This document shows, piece after piece, positions 26,366-36,788 of a stretch of 64,000 nt of DNA. The stretch is from positions 4,994 to 68,993 of IMG/VR virus record IMGVR_UViG_3300025127_000024; one strand, given 5' to 3'. Source of the DNA: a virus. The notes beneath the pieces are model-generated. The model saw nothing but the letters and a program-made list of their open reading frames with translations. It was not told the origin of the DNA and made no database searches. The first letter of the stretch is position 1; the number at the start of each line of letters is the position of its first letter. Position numbers and translations under genes: made by a program.

Positions 26366-26532
26366 TGAAAGATTATATAAAAAAACCAAAAGGCTTTGGT
26401 GATACTTTAGCTAATGGTTTTAAAATGATTGGTGTAGATAAACTAGCCGATAAGTACTCTCAAGTAACAGGTAAAGACTGTGGTTGTGGTAAAAGGCAAG
26501 AGAAACTAAACAATTTAATACCTTACAAATAA
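26365..26532 (+). CDS. small conserved protein (KGFGDT...DCGC..RQEKLN)
   Basis: Motif common in marine phages; ATG overlaps the upstream TAA. Confidence 0.65.
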   Translation: MKDYIKKPKGFGDTLANGFKMIGVDKLADKYSQVTGKDCGCGKRQEKLNNLIPYK

Positions 26533-26843
26533 TGGCTTTTAAAATTAACCCACCTTATGATAGAAGCAAAATGGATCAACCTATTTATTTTGCAAATTTA
26601 GAAGAAGGTGTATTGGGCAAAACAAACAACAATGCTAGTGTAGTATTAGACGAGGGTCTTGGAGTAGAAGATCAGGCTAAAGTTGAAGCCCATGAAGCTG
26701 TTCACGTAGATCAAATAAAAAGAGGTGATTTATCTTACGATGATGAAAACGTATATTGGAAAGGTGAAACATATTCAAGAAAAAAAATGAACGAAGGCGA
26801 TGCTGCTCTACCATGGGAAGCTGAAGCTTATAACAACGCATAG
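26532..26843 (+). CDS. zincin-like metallopeptidase (HExxH)
   Basis: AHEAVHVDQ...PWEAEAY. Confidence 0.75.
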   Translation: MAFKINPPYDRSKMDQPIYFANLEEGVLGKTNNNASVVLDEGLGVEDQAKVEAHEAVHVDQIKRGDLSYDDENVYWKGETYSRKKMNEGDAALPWEAEAYNNA

Positions 26844-26845
26844 TT

Positions 26846-27907
26846 ATGGGAAATATAAAGAAAAAATTTAATTTAAGATCAAGCTTTAAACCAGCTAGAC
26901 AAAAACAAGCGGCTTTATTAGCTAAATCTCCTTTATATAATTTAGGTAAGCCTTCTCCATTGAATCATGAATATGGTGCTCCACATAAACATAAAAATAT
27001 TAGACAACAAAGAGAAGGAGAAAGAGGTTATGATTATGTTGAAGGAAGTGAGAATGAGTTTATGTTAATTGATGAACAACCACTAAAACCAATAGAAGAG
27101 TATGGTGATAGCAGGTTTTATAAGAAAAAAGTTGTTGGAGAAGATGGGAATGAATTTACCGCTAATGATTTAATATCAGAATACTCTACTCAAATATCTG
27201 ATTTATACAATAGAGGTGGTATAACAGGTGGTACTTTTGGTGGTATTACAGGTTCTAAATCACAGTTTAAAAAACCTTTATCAATAAAATATAATAACTA
27301 TAGTAATTCCCTAAGTGGTTCTTTATTTGGTAGATCAAAAATAAACGTTAGTGATTCACAAGAATTAAACTTTACACAACCTGAAATGGTATTCGATCAA
27401 GCTACAAACTCTTATATTTATCCAGAAGGAGGAGCTCCAGTAATACCTGAAAATCAAATGACTCCTCAGCAAGTTGAAGAACTTTTAAGATCAAGTGGTG
27501 GGTATATAACTTTTAATCCCGAAAGTGGAATGTTAGAAGGTGGAACAGGTGGAGCTATAGATCCTAACTCACCAATGGCAAGTGGTAGAAGTTCTGTTTA
27601 TGGTTATACACCGCGTGGACAAGAAGAAATATCCCCAGCCGCTACAAATTTTTATGAAGCAACACGTAGTGATGGTAGATACATACAGCCAGGAACTACT
27701 GAATACTCGTCTTATTACACCGATGACGATTACATGACAAATGTAAACGCGGCTAATTTAGAAAAATACAACCAGCAACTAGGTAGATATAGAAGCATGT
27801 TTGAATCAAACGGTTGTGATAATCCTAGAAATAGTAAAAGTAACGCTTGTAAATCAATTTCTAAATACATAATGGGTATAGAAAGAAGTATAAATAGTAT
27901 ACAGTAA
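26846..27907 (+). CDS. hypothetical protein with SPL motifs
   Basis: AKSPLY...PSPLN near the N-terminus. Confidence 0.65.
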   Translation: MGNIKKKFNLRSSFKPARQKQAALLAKSPLYNLGKPSPLNHEYGAPHKHKNIRQQREGERGYDYVEGSENEFMLIDEQPLKPIEEYGDSRFYKKKVVGEDGNEFTANDLISEYSTQISDLYNRGGITGGTFGGITGSKSQFKKPLSIKYNNYSNSLSGSLFGRSKINVSDSQELNFTQPEMVFDQATNSYIYPEGGAPVIPENQMTPQQVEELLRSSGGYITFNPESGMLEGGTGGAIDPNSPMASGRSSVYGYTPRGQEEISPAATNFYEATRSDGRYIQPGTTEYSSYYTDDDYMTNVNAANLEKYNQQLGRYRSMFESNGCDNPRNSKSNACKSISKYIMGIERSINSIQ

Positions 27908-27920
27908 TAAAATTAACAAC

Positions 27921-28751
27921 ATGGCATTTAAAATGAATTTAGGAAGCCGAACAGGTTTCAAAGCAAAAATAAACTCACCAGCAGGTATGTTAAGAGGACA
28001 TAGCTCACCGCTTAATGTTACCATAGACGCCGCGACTGGAAACCCTTGTGTTCCAGCAGGTCAACCAAATCCAAGCGGATTACCTATATGTGGTGAAAGA
28101 AGAGCTATAGGAGAAGAAAGAGAAGTAGGTACAGAAATAATAGAAAGAGACGGGCAAAAGTTTAGAGTATCAACATTTGAGCAAGACTATGAAACGCCTG
28201 ATATGATTCCTGGAAATCCAGGTTTAGGAAATGTTGTTGAGCAAGAAAGACCTTCGGGTGGTGGTGGACCAGGCGCTTGTGATTTATATGAAAAAGGTGA
28301 TAACTTAGGTCAAGATAAAGAAGCATGTAGAAAATATAGAGAACATCAAGTAAAAATAGGTGAAGATCCATGTTATCAATATCGAGCAGAAAGAAAATTT
28401 TGTCCAAACCCAGAAACTCAATCGTTTAGTGTTGAAGGAAATAAATGTGTTTGTAGAGAAAATATTCCATCGTCTCCAGCTGATGATTCATTTACAGTTT
28501 TAGACGAAACAGATACTTTTACAAGAGAAGAATTAATTCCACCAACCCCACCTCCACCACCACCTCCAGGTATGGGAGGCCTTGGTGTTACAGGTGGTAG
28601 TAAAACTAGAGGTGGTAAATTTAAAATAAACTTACCTACTATTGATGTAAGTAGGATAAAGCCAGGTGATATTGTTGCAAAACTACCTGGATTCGTAAGG
28701 ACAAGATCAGGAAGATGTAAAGCCGGTTGCGCAACAAATGCTCCAAGATAA
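27921..28751 (+). CDS. Cys/Pro-rich hypothetical protein with SPL motif
   Basis: MAFKM..., HSSPLN, poly-Pro stretch. Confidence 0.65.
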   Translation: MAFKMNLGSRTGFKAKINSPAGMLRGHSSPLNVTIDAATGNPCVPAGQPNPSGLPICGERRAIGEEREVGTEIIERDGQKFRVSTFEQDYETPDMIPGNPGLGNVVEQERPSGGGGPGACDLYEKGDNLGQDKEACRKYREHQVKIGEDPCYQYRAERKFCPNPETQSFSVEGNKCVCRENIPSSPADDSFTVLDETDTFTREELIPPTPPPPPPPGMGGLGVTGGSKTRGGKFKINLPTIDVSRIKPGDIVAKLPGFVRTRSGRCKAGCATNAPR

Positions 28752-29206
28752 TGCCAAAGAAAAAATTTAGTGAAACGAAAGTAGGACAGTTTTTATCTAA
28801 AGCTGCTCCAGGTATACTAGGCACTGTTGGTGATGTTTTACCAGATAACGGAGTGTTAGGTATAGTAAAAAATTTAATTTCAAAAGAAGAAGCATTGCCA
28901 CCTGAAGATAAAGAAAAGGCGATGAAGCTTTTAGAAATGGATATAATAGAAATGCAAGAAGTATCAAAACGTTGGGAAAGCGATATGAAATCAGATTCAT
29001 GGCTTTCTAAAAATACAAGACCTATGTCTTTAATATTTTTAACTATATCAATGGTTATACTAATATTATTAGATAGTTTTGAGTGGAGCTTTATGGTTTC
29101 AGCAGGATGGGTTGATTTATTACAAACATTATTAGTTACTGTTTACGTAGCTTATTTTGGTTCACGAGGCGCAGAAAAATTTCAAACAATAAAAAATAAA
29201 AAATAA
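28751..29206 (+). CDS. holin (GTA 3TM-like)
   Basis: RWESDMKSDSWLSKNTRP, two TM helices, YFGSRGAEK. Confidence 0.75.
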   Translation: MPKKKFSETKVGQFLSKAAPGILGTVGDVLPDNGVLGIVKNLISKEEALPPEDKEKAMKLLEMDIIEMQEVSKRWESDMKSDSWLSKNTRPMSLIFLTISMVILILLDSFEWSFMVSAGWVDLLQTLLVTVYVAYFGSRGAEKFQTIKNKK

Positions 29207-29208
29207 AA

Positions 29209-29796
29209 ATGTCAATTAAGCAAACAAACGCAGGAAATAATATAACAGAAATAGGTAGCTTTATTACCTTAGCAAAAGAAATAGATCCATTATTTGGATT
29301 CAAATTATTAAACGGTGCTGAGCTTAATGTTAGTGGTACTTCCGCTGGGTATACTGTAGCGGCGACGTATGAAATGACCCCAAGTGGAGGCACTTATAAT
29401 GGTGACGCTAACTTTCTTGTTACCGTTAGCGGTGGGGCTGTTACCAAAATAACTGTGGTTGGAGGTTCAGCAGTAGAGTCAGCTAGTTTAGTTGGTGAAA
29501 CTGTAGTTTTTGACGAAGCAACATTACAAGCTTCTTTTGGAGGAGGCACAGGTTCTGCAACAGGAACAGTAGCAGCGGCTGATGAAACAGAGGTAACTGA
29601 AGTTGCACTAGGTGGAAATCCTAACAATGGTATGGGATTATATGTAGGGACAGGTGGTGAAGTGCAAGTCAAATTAAAAGGCATGTCTAGCTTTATTAGT
29701 TTTAAAAATGTACCTAACGGAGAGTTTTTACCTATACTAGCAATAGCAATTAAAAAAGTAAGCGGAGGCGCAACAGACCTAGTAGCATTTATATAA
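29209..29796 (+). CDS. virion structural protein
   Basis: Gly/Thr/Val-rich; LYVGTGG...VPNGEFLPI motif. Confidence 0.65.
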   Translation: MSIKQTNAGNNITEIGSFITLAKEIDPLFGFKLLNGAELNVSGTSAGYTVAATYEMTPSGGTYNGDANFLVTVSGGAVTKITVVGGSAVESASLVGETVVFDEATLQASFGGGTGSATGTVAAADETEVTEVALGGNPNNGMGLYVGTGGEVQVKLKGMSSFISFKNVPNGEFLPILAIAIKKVSGGATDLVAFI

Positions 29797-29817
29797 ACAC
29801 TTTATACACTCGATTAT

Positions 29818-30540
29818 ATGCCTATAATTAGCAATTATCCTTATGATACAAACGTTCAGGACAACGATGCTTGGATAGGCACAGACGGTAGCAATATGTC
29901 TACCAAACAGTTCAAGGCAATTGAAGTAGCTAATTATCTCAACATAAAAGGTAAAATATCTATATCAGGCCAAATGGTTTATAAGCTAGAATCAGACTCA
30001 ACAAAAGCAGTTGCAGGAGATTTTTATGGACCTAGTACTGGTAGTTTATTTGTAAACACAACAACACTATATTTAAATATAAAAGATAGACAAGGGTCTA
30101 ACGTAGTAAGCTTTTTAGATTACTTAGTTGGTAGTCAAATATTGGTAAGCGAGCAAAACGCTTTAGAAAATTTTGGGCATTATACTATAAGCTCATATAC
30201 CCAAGACCCAAACGATAATCAATTTTATATATTATCATTAACAAATTTAGGTGGTAACGGTGCTTTTAAAGATCAAAAGTATTACAATTTTGCAACGTTT
30301 AATTTATCTTCTTCCCCTGGTGGAGGAGGAACATTTACATTTACTCAATCTATACCAGCTGATACTTGGACTATAAACCACAATTTAAATAAAAAACCGT
30401 CAACAACGGTTACTGATAACGCAGGTACAGTGCTTTATCCAAACATAGAATATTTATCACTTAACACAATAGAATTAACATTTACAGCAGGTGTTGACCC
30501 ATCATTTGGTGGTGTTTCAGGATTTGCATATTTAAACTAA
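29818..30540 (+). CDS. tail/fibre-associated structural protein
   Basis: C-terminal WTINHNLNKKPSTTVTD...SGFAYLN motif. Confidence 0.65.
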   Translation: MPIISNYPYDTNVQDNDAWIGTDGSNMSTKQFKAIEVANYLNIKGKISISGQMVYKLESDSTKAVAGDFYGPSTGSLFVNTTTLYLNIKDRQGSNVVSFLDYLVGSQILVSEQNALENFGHYTISSYTQDPNDNQFYILSLTNLGGNGAFKDQKYYNFATFNLSSSPGGGGTFTFTQSIPADTWTINHNLNKKPSTTVTDNAGTVLYPNIEYLSLNTIELTFTAGVDPSFGGVSGFAYLN

Positions 30541-30547
30541 AAAAAAA

Positions 30548-32800
30548 ATGGCATTAAATTTTTACAACACGGTCGACTTACAAGAAAATCAGTTATTAAG
30601 AGCGGCTATAAATAACGTATCAGGAGAACCAGCTGATGGAGCTCGTGGTGAATTAATATATGACTACGCGACTGGAGTAAATAAAATAAAAGTCTGCGTA
30701 ACAGCATCTACTGGTGGTTCTAACGCAGTTTGGGAAATAGTAGGTGATGGAACAGGTGTTGATTCAGTTAGTGGTACAGAACCTATATTTATAACAGGAA
30801 CAGCTACTGATCCTACTGTTAATTTAAGATATACAGCAACTGCAACCCAAACAAACTTTATAGATAAAGCTGGAAGCGGTACAGTAGCAGCTACTGATAG
30901 ATTAATATTCAGTGATGTATCTCTAACTAATAATACTGTTAAATACGCGACAGTATCTGATATTGTAGCTTTAGCACCACAAGGAGATATTACATCAGTT
31001 GAGGCATCTACTGCAGATGATAGATTAGGTATAGCAATAGACACTGGTACTGGTACTGGTCCTACTCCAAAAGTTGGTGTTGATATTTTAAATCAAACAA
31101 AAGAAACTAATTTAGCTGATGGTGACAGTGTTTTATTTTATGATTTAAGTGCAACAAAAAATTTAAGATTTGAACTTAGTGATTTAAAGTCTTATATTGG
31201 AGCTGGTGATGTAACAGGTATTGATGCTGGCGCTGGTATTGTCGTTAATGACGCTGCAACAGCTACTCCAGAAGTTGCTGTAAGATATGATGGAAACGCA
31301 GCAAACCTTATTCAATCAGCAACTAGTCTTGAAGGAACAGCTATATCCACCGCTGATGTAATACTTTACTCTGATTCTACTGATAGTGATAAAGTTGTAA
31401 GAGGTTTAGTTTCTGACTTACCTTTCGGAACATCTAATTATACTAAGTGGATTTTAAAAGATAACCAAAGCTCACCAGTATCATCAGATGTTGATTCGGG
31501 CGATGAAGTGATTGTAGCTGGTGGAACAGTAATAAATACTGCTGTTAGCATGTCAACAGGTTCTCCGCGTACAGTAACAATTAATCACGATGATTTAACT
31601 GTTACTACTACAGATAGCGGTTCTAACGCACCTGGATATGGTGGAACTATCACTGTTGTAACAGGTGTTACAGGGACATCTCAAGGTCACCTTAACACAG
31701 TAACAACTGCAGATTTAGAATTACCTGCATCTGTAAATACTACATATGCTTTAGATAAAGCAGCTAATGATGCAACATTAATTTTATCAGCTGATGGTTC
31801 AACTCAAGACAGTATAGAATTTAAAGGAACAGCAAATGAAATAGATATAAATGTAGCTACTGAAGATGAATATACATTTAGTTTTCCATCTACTGGATTT
31901 ACCGCGCCAAATGGTTCAGTAGCAACAACACAGTCTTCAGGTGACAATAGTACAAAGCTAGCTACAACAGCTTTTGTTCAAACTGCTTTAACATCTGCAT
32001 TAAAATTTGTAGATGGATTTAATGCAAACACTGGGGATTTAGATTCTAGTGCAGGAGATTTATATACAGATGTAGATGTTACTGTAGGGGATTTCTTTGT
32101 AGTAACTACACCAGGTAATTTCTTTGGAAATGCAGCTACACCATTAACAAACGGTGACCAAGTTATATGTATTGAAACTACAGCGGCTGGAAGTGTTCAA
32201 GAATCTGATTTTGTAGTTGTTCAGTCTGATACAGATTTAGCAACATACGCGGCTCCAGGTTTAGCAAATGTAAACATTGGTGATGATGCAGTATCTTCTG
32301 AAGTTCCTGCTGGTTTTGTTGGTAGCACAAATGGTGCTGCAACAGGTGGACCTTTACAAATCGTATATAGTGGTGGTACAGCTATTTTATCATCAAGGTT
32401 AGCAACTAGCGCTTTAGTTGGTTTAGGTAATGTAGCTGCTGGATCAGGTATAGGTATATCTTATAGCAATGGTACAGCTACAATAACTAATTCAGCTCAA
32501 TCTGAATCTAGGTTTAAGAAAGTTAGTTTAAATAGTGGCTTGTCTTACGTAAGTGCTTCTTCAAGTGGAGGAGTAACAACCTTTGAAGTTGACGTCACTA
32601 GTAGTTCTGTGCTTGGAAGTGGTGCAGATCCTATGGATGTTAAATGTGAAATTGTAAAAGTTAGTGATGGTGAAACAGTTTTTGCTGAAATAGATAGAGA
32701 CACATCAGGAACTAAAATAAGATTTAAATTTGTAGAACAACCTTCTGGAACACAATGGGCTGATAGTACGTTTAATGTTCTTATGGTTAACGTAGGTTAA
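30548..32800 (+). CDS. tail fibre protein
   Basis: Thr/Ser/Gly-rich repeats; DNSTKLATTAFV fibre motif. Confidence 0.75.
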   Translation: MALNFYNTVDLQENQLLRAAINNVSGEPADGARGELIYDYATGVNKIKVCVTASTGGSNAVWEIVGDGTGVDSVSGTEPIFITGTATDPTVNLRYTATATQTNFIDKAGSGTVAATDRLIFSDVSLTNNTVKYATVSDIVALAPQGDITSVEASTADDRLGIAIDTGTGTGPTPKVGVDILNQTKETNLADGDSVLFYDLSATKNLRFELSDLKSYIGAGDVTGIDAGAGIVVNDAATATPEVAVRYDGNAANLIQSATSLEGTAISTADVILYSDSTDSDKVVRGLVSDLPFGTSNYTKWILKDNQSSPVSSDVDSGDEVIVAGGTVINTAVSMSTGSPRTVTINHDDLTVTTTDSGSNAPGYGGTITVVTGVTGTSQGHLNTVTTADLELPASVNTTYALDKAANDATLILSADGSTQDSIEFKGTANEIDINVATEDEYTFSFPSTGFTAPNGSVATTQSSGDNSTKLATTAFVQTALTSALKFVDGFNANTGDLDSSAGDLYTDVDVTVGDFFVVTTPGNFFGNAATPLTNGDQVICIETTAAGSVQESDFVVVQSDTDLATYAAPGLANVNIGDDAVSSEVPAGFVGSTNGAATGGPLQIVYSGGTAILSSRLATSALVGLGNVAAGSGIGISYSNGTATITNSAQSESRFKKVSLNSGLSYVSASSSGGVTTFEVDVTSSSVLGSGADPMDVKCEIVKVSDGETVFAEIDRDTSGTKIRFKFVEQPSGTQWADSTFNVLMVNVG

Positions 32801-32812
32801 TAAAAAAAATAA

Positions 32813-35404
32813 ATGTCAATTAAATTTTATAACAGGCTGGATATAGATTCAGATAATAATCAAATAACATCAGAAACATCAAGTACTACGGTAACATCGT
32901 TGCTTTTAAATAATAGTGGCACTGGTGATGCTAGTATACTTATTGATGCTGGAGATAAATATATTCTTGGAGTAGATAACAGCGAAGGTCTTTTTAGAAT
33001 AGCACCAGGCTCTACTTTGGGTACTACTCCTAGTTTTTCATTAAAAACTAACGGACTAGTTATGTTTGATCAATATGGTGGAGGAAACTTTACAGGTACT
33101 GAAAAATATAACTTACAAGTAGATAGTAGTGGAAATATAATTGAAACAGACGCTATTAACAACGATGTTATATCTGGAACAGGAACAGCTAATCAAGTAC
33201 CTAAATTTCAAAGTGATCATGTTCTTGTTGATTCAGGACTTGAAATAGATGCATCTCAAAACGCATTGTTTCCAGCAAATTTAAATGTAGGTTATACTCT
33301 TAATAATACTCAAAACGCTCAAGTAGCTTTTAAAAAATCTGAAGACATAAATGTTGATACTAACGCTAAAAATGTTTTTATAGATTATAATCTTTCAGGA
33401 ACTACAGCTCAAACTAATGATAGATACTATGATGCTCTTACAATAGATCTTGATAGTTCAGCAACAGGTGGTAATACAACTAATGAAACTAGACTAAGCG
33501 GTTTAAGGTGTTTGGTAACCGACACTGGTGATTCAAATGATATATATGGTGGTAATTTTGATGTTAGAGCTACTAAAACAGTTGCTAACGATAAAATTGC
33601 AGTTGTATATGGAGTTTATGGAACGGCTAGAGCAGGTCATACTGCTGGAGAAGTTGCAAATGTATATGGTGGTTATTTTCAAGCATTATCAGATAACGCT
33701 AGTAGCGGAACAGATATGACTAGTTTAAGCGGTGTTAGAGGTATAGTATCAAACACATCTGATTCAGGTAAAACAGTACAAAATGTTTATGGTGGTTATT
33801 TTAAAGTAGATCAGGTTGCTAGTAGTAATAATAGTGTATTTACTAACGCCGATGGTGTTTATGGTGAAATTGAAATAGATGATGGTGATGTCACAATAGG
33901 TAGCGCTAGAGCTGTAAAAGGTATTATTGATTCTAATGCTGGTACAATAACAAGTGCGTATCAATTTTATGGAACTACAAGTGCTGCTGGAACAATAACA
34001 AACAATTGGGGTATATATTCTCAAAATGCAACCAAAAATTATCTAGATGGCACGTTGCAATTAGCTAGTTATGGTGCTGGTACTTTGGTGACTGATGCTA
34101 GTGGAAACATTACAGTTTCTAGTGGTGGTGGTGCAGGCGGTCCTTACTTACCTTTAGCTGGTGGTACATTAACCGGTGATTTAACTATAAGTAAAAATGT
34201 TCCAAGACTATTGTTCGACAATACAGCTGGTGGAGGTTTAGATCCAATATTAGCCGCAAGTGGTAATAATTTTACTATTTCAACAACTAGTATAACGCCT
34301 GTAACTATAGGCTTACAAACAGGCGATGTTTTATTTGCTAGCGATATAGAAGCTTCAGGAATATATGTTGGTGCTACAAACACAAGTTTTGATTTTTATA
34401 ATAATGGTACAAGTTATTTTAATGGTGCTGTAACAGTAGACGCAACCTTCACACAATCGGGTGGTGGAGATTCAAATTTTTCAGGTGATATATACATGCC
34501 GGCTACTCTTTATCACACTGGTGATACTGACACTTATTATTCTTTTTCTACTGATTCAATTTTAGAAAGTGCTGGCGGGGATAAAGGATATACGCATTCT
34601 AAAAATGAAATAATAATTGGTCCTACAGGTGCTAGTACTAGTACTATGTATTTTGATCTTGCTAATAGAAAAGTAGGTTTTAGAACTGAAACTCCAGGAT
34701 CTGCTTTTGATGTTAATGGTACTATACGTGTGCGAAATCAATTAAATGTTGGTAACACTACAGAGCAGAATTTATTCGTAGATGGCAATGGTGGTGCAGG
34801 TGGTAAATATGTTAAGATGGGTAATTATGGTCAAGGTAATTACTTCGGTATATCAACTAATATTAACCAACCTAAATACATAGCAGCATATGGTAGCGCT
34901 GGTAAAATGGTTGAAGAAAGACGTATTATTACTATTAAATTATCAGGTAATGCTTTTTCTAATTTATCAAGTACTGGTACAACTTTAATAGCCGCGCCTG
35001 GAGCGAACAGTATTATATTACCTTATGAAATACTTATATATAAAAGCTCTGGAACAACAGGAACTGGTTGGCCAAGTAGTTCACCAAACTTTGGGGCTGA
35101 AATAGGTTTTTGTCAAGGAAGTTCAATCAACTGTAGTTTAACTAATGCTTTTGATGCGGTTTGGAAATTACCTCGCGCTTTAGTAACTCAAACAGGCACT
35201 TGGTTTTGGTCAAGAAGTAATGCTACTTTAAATGAAGTAGGCGCAAACACTTATCAATTAAACAAAGCTTTAGTTCTTAGATCAGCAAGTAATTTAACTG
35301 CTTTACCAACAGCTTCATGGTATGTTCAAATAAGATATGTTCAAATGAATTATACAGCTGGTCTCGTTAACAACGTAGATATAGATAAGACAAGTAACGG
35401 TTAA
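32813..35404 (+). CDS. tail fibre/spike (receptor-binding) protein
   Basis: YLPLAGGTLTG motif; repeated V/IYGGYF beta-solenoid units. Confidence 0.75.
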   Translation: MSIKFYNRLDIDSDNNQITSETSSTTVTSLLLNNSGTGDASILIDAGDKYILGVDNSEGLFRIAPGSTLGTTPSFSLKTNGLVMFDQYGGGNFTGTEKYNLQVDSSGNIIETDAINNDVISGTGTANQVPKFQSDHVLVDSGLEIDASQNALFPANLNVGYTLNNTQNAQVAFKKSEDINVDTNAKNVFIDYNLSGTTAQTNDRYYDALTIDLDSSATGGNTTNETRLSGLRCLVTDTGDSNDIYGGNFDVRATKTVANDKIAVVYGVYGTARAGHTAGEVANVYGGYFQALSDNASSGTDMTSLSGVRGIVSNTSDSGKTVQNVYGGYFKVDQVASSNNSVFTNADGVYGEIEIDDGDVTIGSARAVKGIIDSNAGTITSAYQFYGTTSAAGTITNNWGIYSQNATKNYLDGTLQLASYGAGTLVTDASGNITVSSGGGAGGPYLPLAGGTLTGDLTISKNVPRLLFDNTAGGGLDPILAASGNNFTISTTSITPVTIGLQTGDVLFASDIEASGIYVGATNTSFDFYNNGTSYFNGAVTVDATFTQSGGGDSNFSGDIYMPATLYHTGDTDTYYSFSTDSILESAGGDKGYTHSKNEIIIGPTGASTSTMYFDLANRKVGFRTETPGSAFDVNGTIRVRNQLNVGNTTEQNLFVDGNGGAGGKYVKMGNYGQGNYFGISTNINQPKYIAAYGSAGKMVEERRIITIKLSGNAFSNLSSTGTTLIAAPGANSIILPYEILIYKSSGTTGTGWPSSSPNFGAEIGFCQGSSINCSLTNAFDAVWKLPRALVTQTGTWFWSRSNATLNEVGANTYQLNKALVLRSASNLTALPTASWYVQIRYVQMNYTAGLVNNVDIDKTSNG

Positions 35405-35405
35405 A

Positions 35406-35434
35406 GTAAAAATCACTAAAATTAAGTAACTATA
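35406..35434 (+). promoter_or_regulatory. class-2 promoter
   Basis: GTAAA-N15-GTAACTATA in an intergenic gap. Confidence 0.65.
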
Positions 35435-35473
35435 TAGTTATAAGTAAATTAATATAAATCAAATTAAATTAAA

Positions 35474-35731
35474 ATGGCAAAAAAGAAAAAAGTACAAAAA
35501 ATTACTAAAGAAGAATTAGAAAATATTGTATCTCAAAACACAGAATACAATAAACTAGTAAGTCAAATAGGTTTGTTAAACATAGAGTCTTGTAGATTAG
35601 TAGACTTATCAAAGTCTATAGCTAATACTATAGAAGGTTCTAAAAAAGAACTTGAAGCTAAATATGGCTCTATAAATATAGATCTTCAAACAGGTGAATA
35701 TACTGAAATAGAAAAACCAGCAGAAAAATAA
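35474..35731 (+). CDS. hypothetical coiled-coil protein
   Basis: ORF track. Confidence 0.65.
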   Translation: MAKKKKVQKITKEELENIVSQNTEYNKLVSQIGLLNIESCRLVDLSKSIANTIEGSKKELEAKYGSINIDLQTGEYTEIEKPAEK

Positions 35732-35732
35732 A

Positions 35733-35960
35733 ATGGACTCTGTTATAAGAAAAATTAGTATAGGAACTGACTATAAAAACGAAGCAATGCATTACTCCGT
35801 AGGCCAAGAGGTTTATGGAGGACATGTTATTTCTGCTATACTATTAAATGACTCAGACTCTTCTTATAACATTTATATAGAAAAAAATGATGAGGTATTG
35901 CCATGGAAAAAATTTAATTCTAACATGGCAGTATCTTTAGAGTATGATTTAAACTATTAA
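35733..35960 (+). CDS. conserved hypothetical protein
   Basis: ORF track. Confidence 0.65.
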   Translation: MDSVIRKISIGTDYKNEAMHYSVGQEVYGGHVISAILLNDSDSSYNIYIEKNDEVLPWKKFNSNMAVSLEYDLNY

Positions 35961-36565
35961 TGAAAAGTATAGAAGACTTTATAGTATCACCTTTAACAAA
36001 ACGATATGAAAATGAAATAGATGTTGAAGGGATAAAGTTAATAACAAATACCAATATAGAATCTTACAAGCATGTTAGTAATTTAGCAAAAGTTGTAAGT
36101 ACTCCAATTGTTAATAATACAGAGATAAAAACCGGAGATATAATTGTAATACATCATAATGTATTTAGAAGGTTTTATGATATTAGAGGTAATGAAAAAA
36201 ATAGTAAATCTTTTTTTCAAGATGATTTATTTTTTTGTAAAGAAGATCAAATATATTTATACAAAAATAATGATACCTGGAAAGCAATTGGTGAAAGATG
36301 TTTTGTAAAACCTTTAAAAAACAAAAACAAATTAGAGGTTGACAAAATATTAAACCATATTGGTATATTAAAATATAGTAATAACTCCTTAGAAGCGCTA
36401 GGATTAAACAAGGGAGCGCTAATAAGCTTTCAACCTAACTCAGAATTTGAGTTCGTAGTTGATAAAGAGTTTTTGTATTGTATGAAATCTAATAATATTG
36501 TTGCACATCATGAATATCAAGGACACGAAGAAGAATATAATCCAAGCTGGACAAGTAGCTGTTAA
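35960..36565 (+). CDS. tandem GroES-like domain protein
   Basis: Two GroES-like units: FIVSP...KTGDIIVIHH and KAIGERCFVKP...NKGALISF. Confidence 0.55.
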   Translation: MKSIEDFIVSPLTKRYENEIDVEGIKLITNTNIESYKHVSNLAKVVSTPIVNNTEIKTGDIIVIHHNVFRRFYDIRGNEKNSKSFFQDDLFFCKEDQIYLYKNNDTWKAIGERCFVKPLKNKNKLEVDKILNHIGILKYSNNSLEALGLNKGALISFQPNSEFEFVVDKEFLYCMKSNNIVAHHEYQGHEEEYNPSWTSSC

Positions 36566-36788
36566 AGAGCTAATAAAGGTAGCTAAAGAACCTATAATAG
36601 ATTTTGGCCCTGATATTTCAGCAGATAGACTTAAAAACGCAGCTGCTACTAAGAAGCTAGCTATATTTGATGCTTTTGAAATATTAGAAAGAATACAAGA
36701 AGAAAAAAACATATTAGAAAACAAACCTAAAGAAGAAGTTAAAAAAGAAAAAACTTTTAAAGGTTTTGCAGAAGGAAGATCTAAGTAA
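36510..36788 (+). CDS. putative terminase small subunit
   Basis: Helical protein directly before terL; start set at MNIKDTKK. Confidence 0.5.
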   Translation: MNIKDTKKNIIQAGQVAVKELIKVAKEPIIDFGPDISADRLKNAAATKKLAIFDAFEILERIQEEKNILENKPKEEVKKEKTFKGFAEGRSK

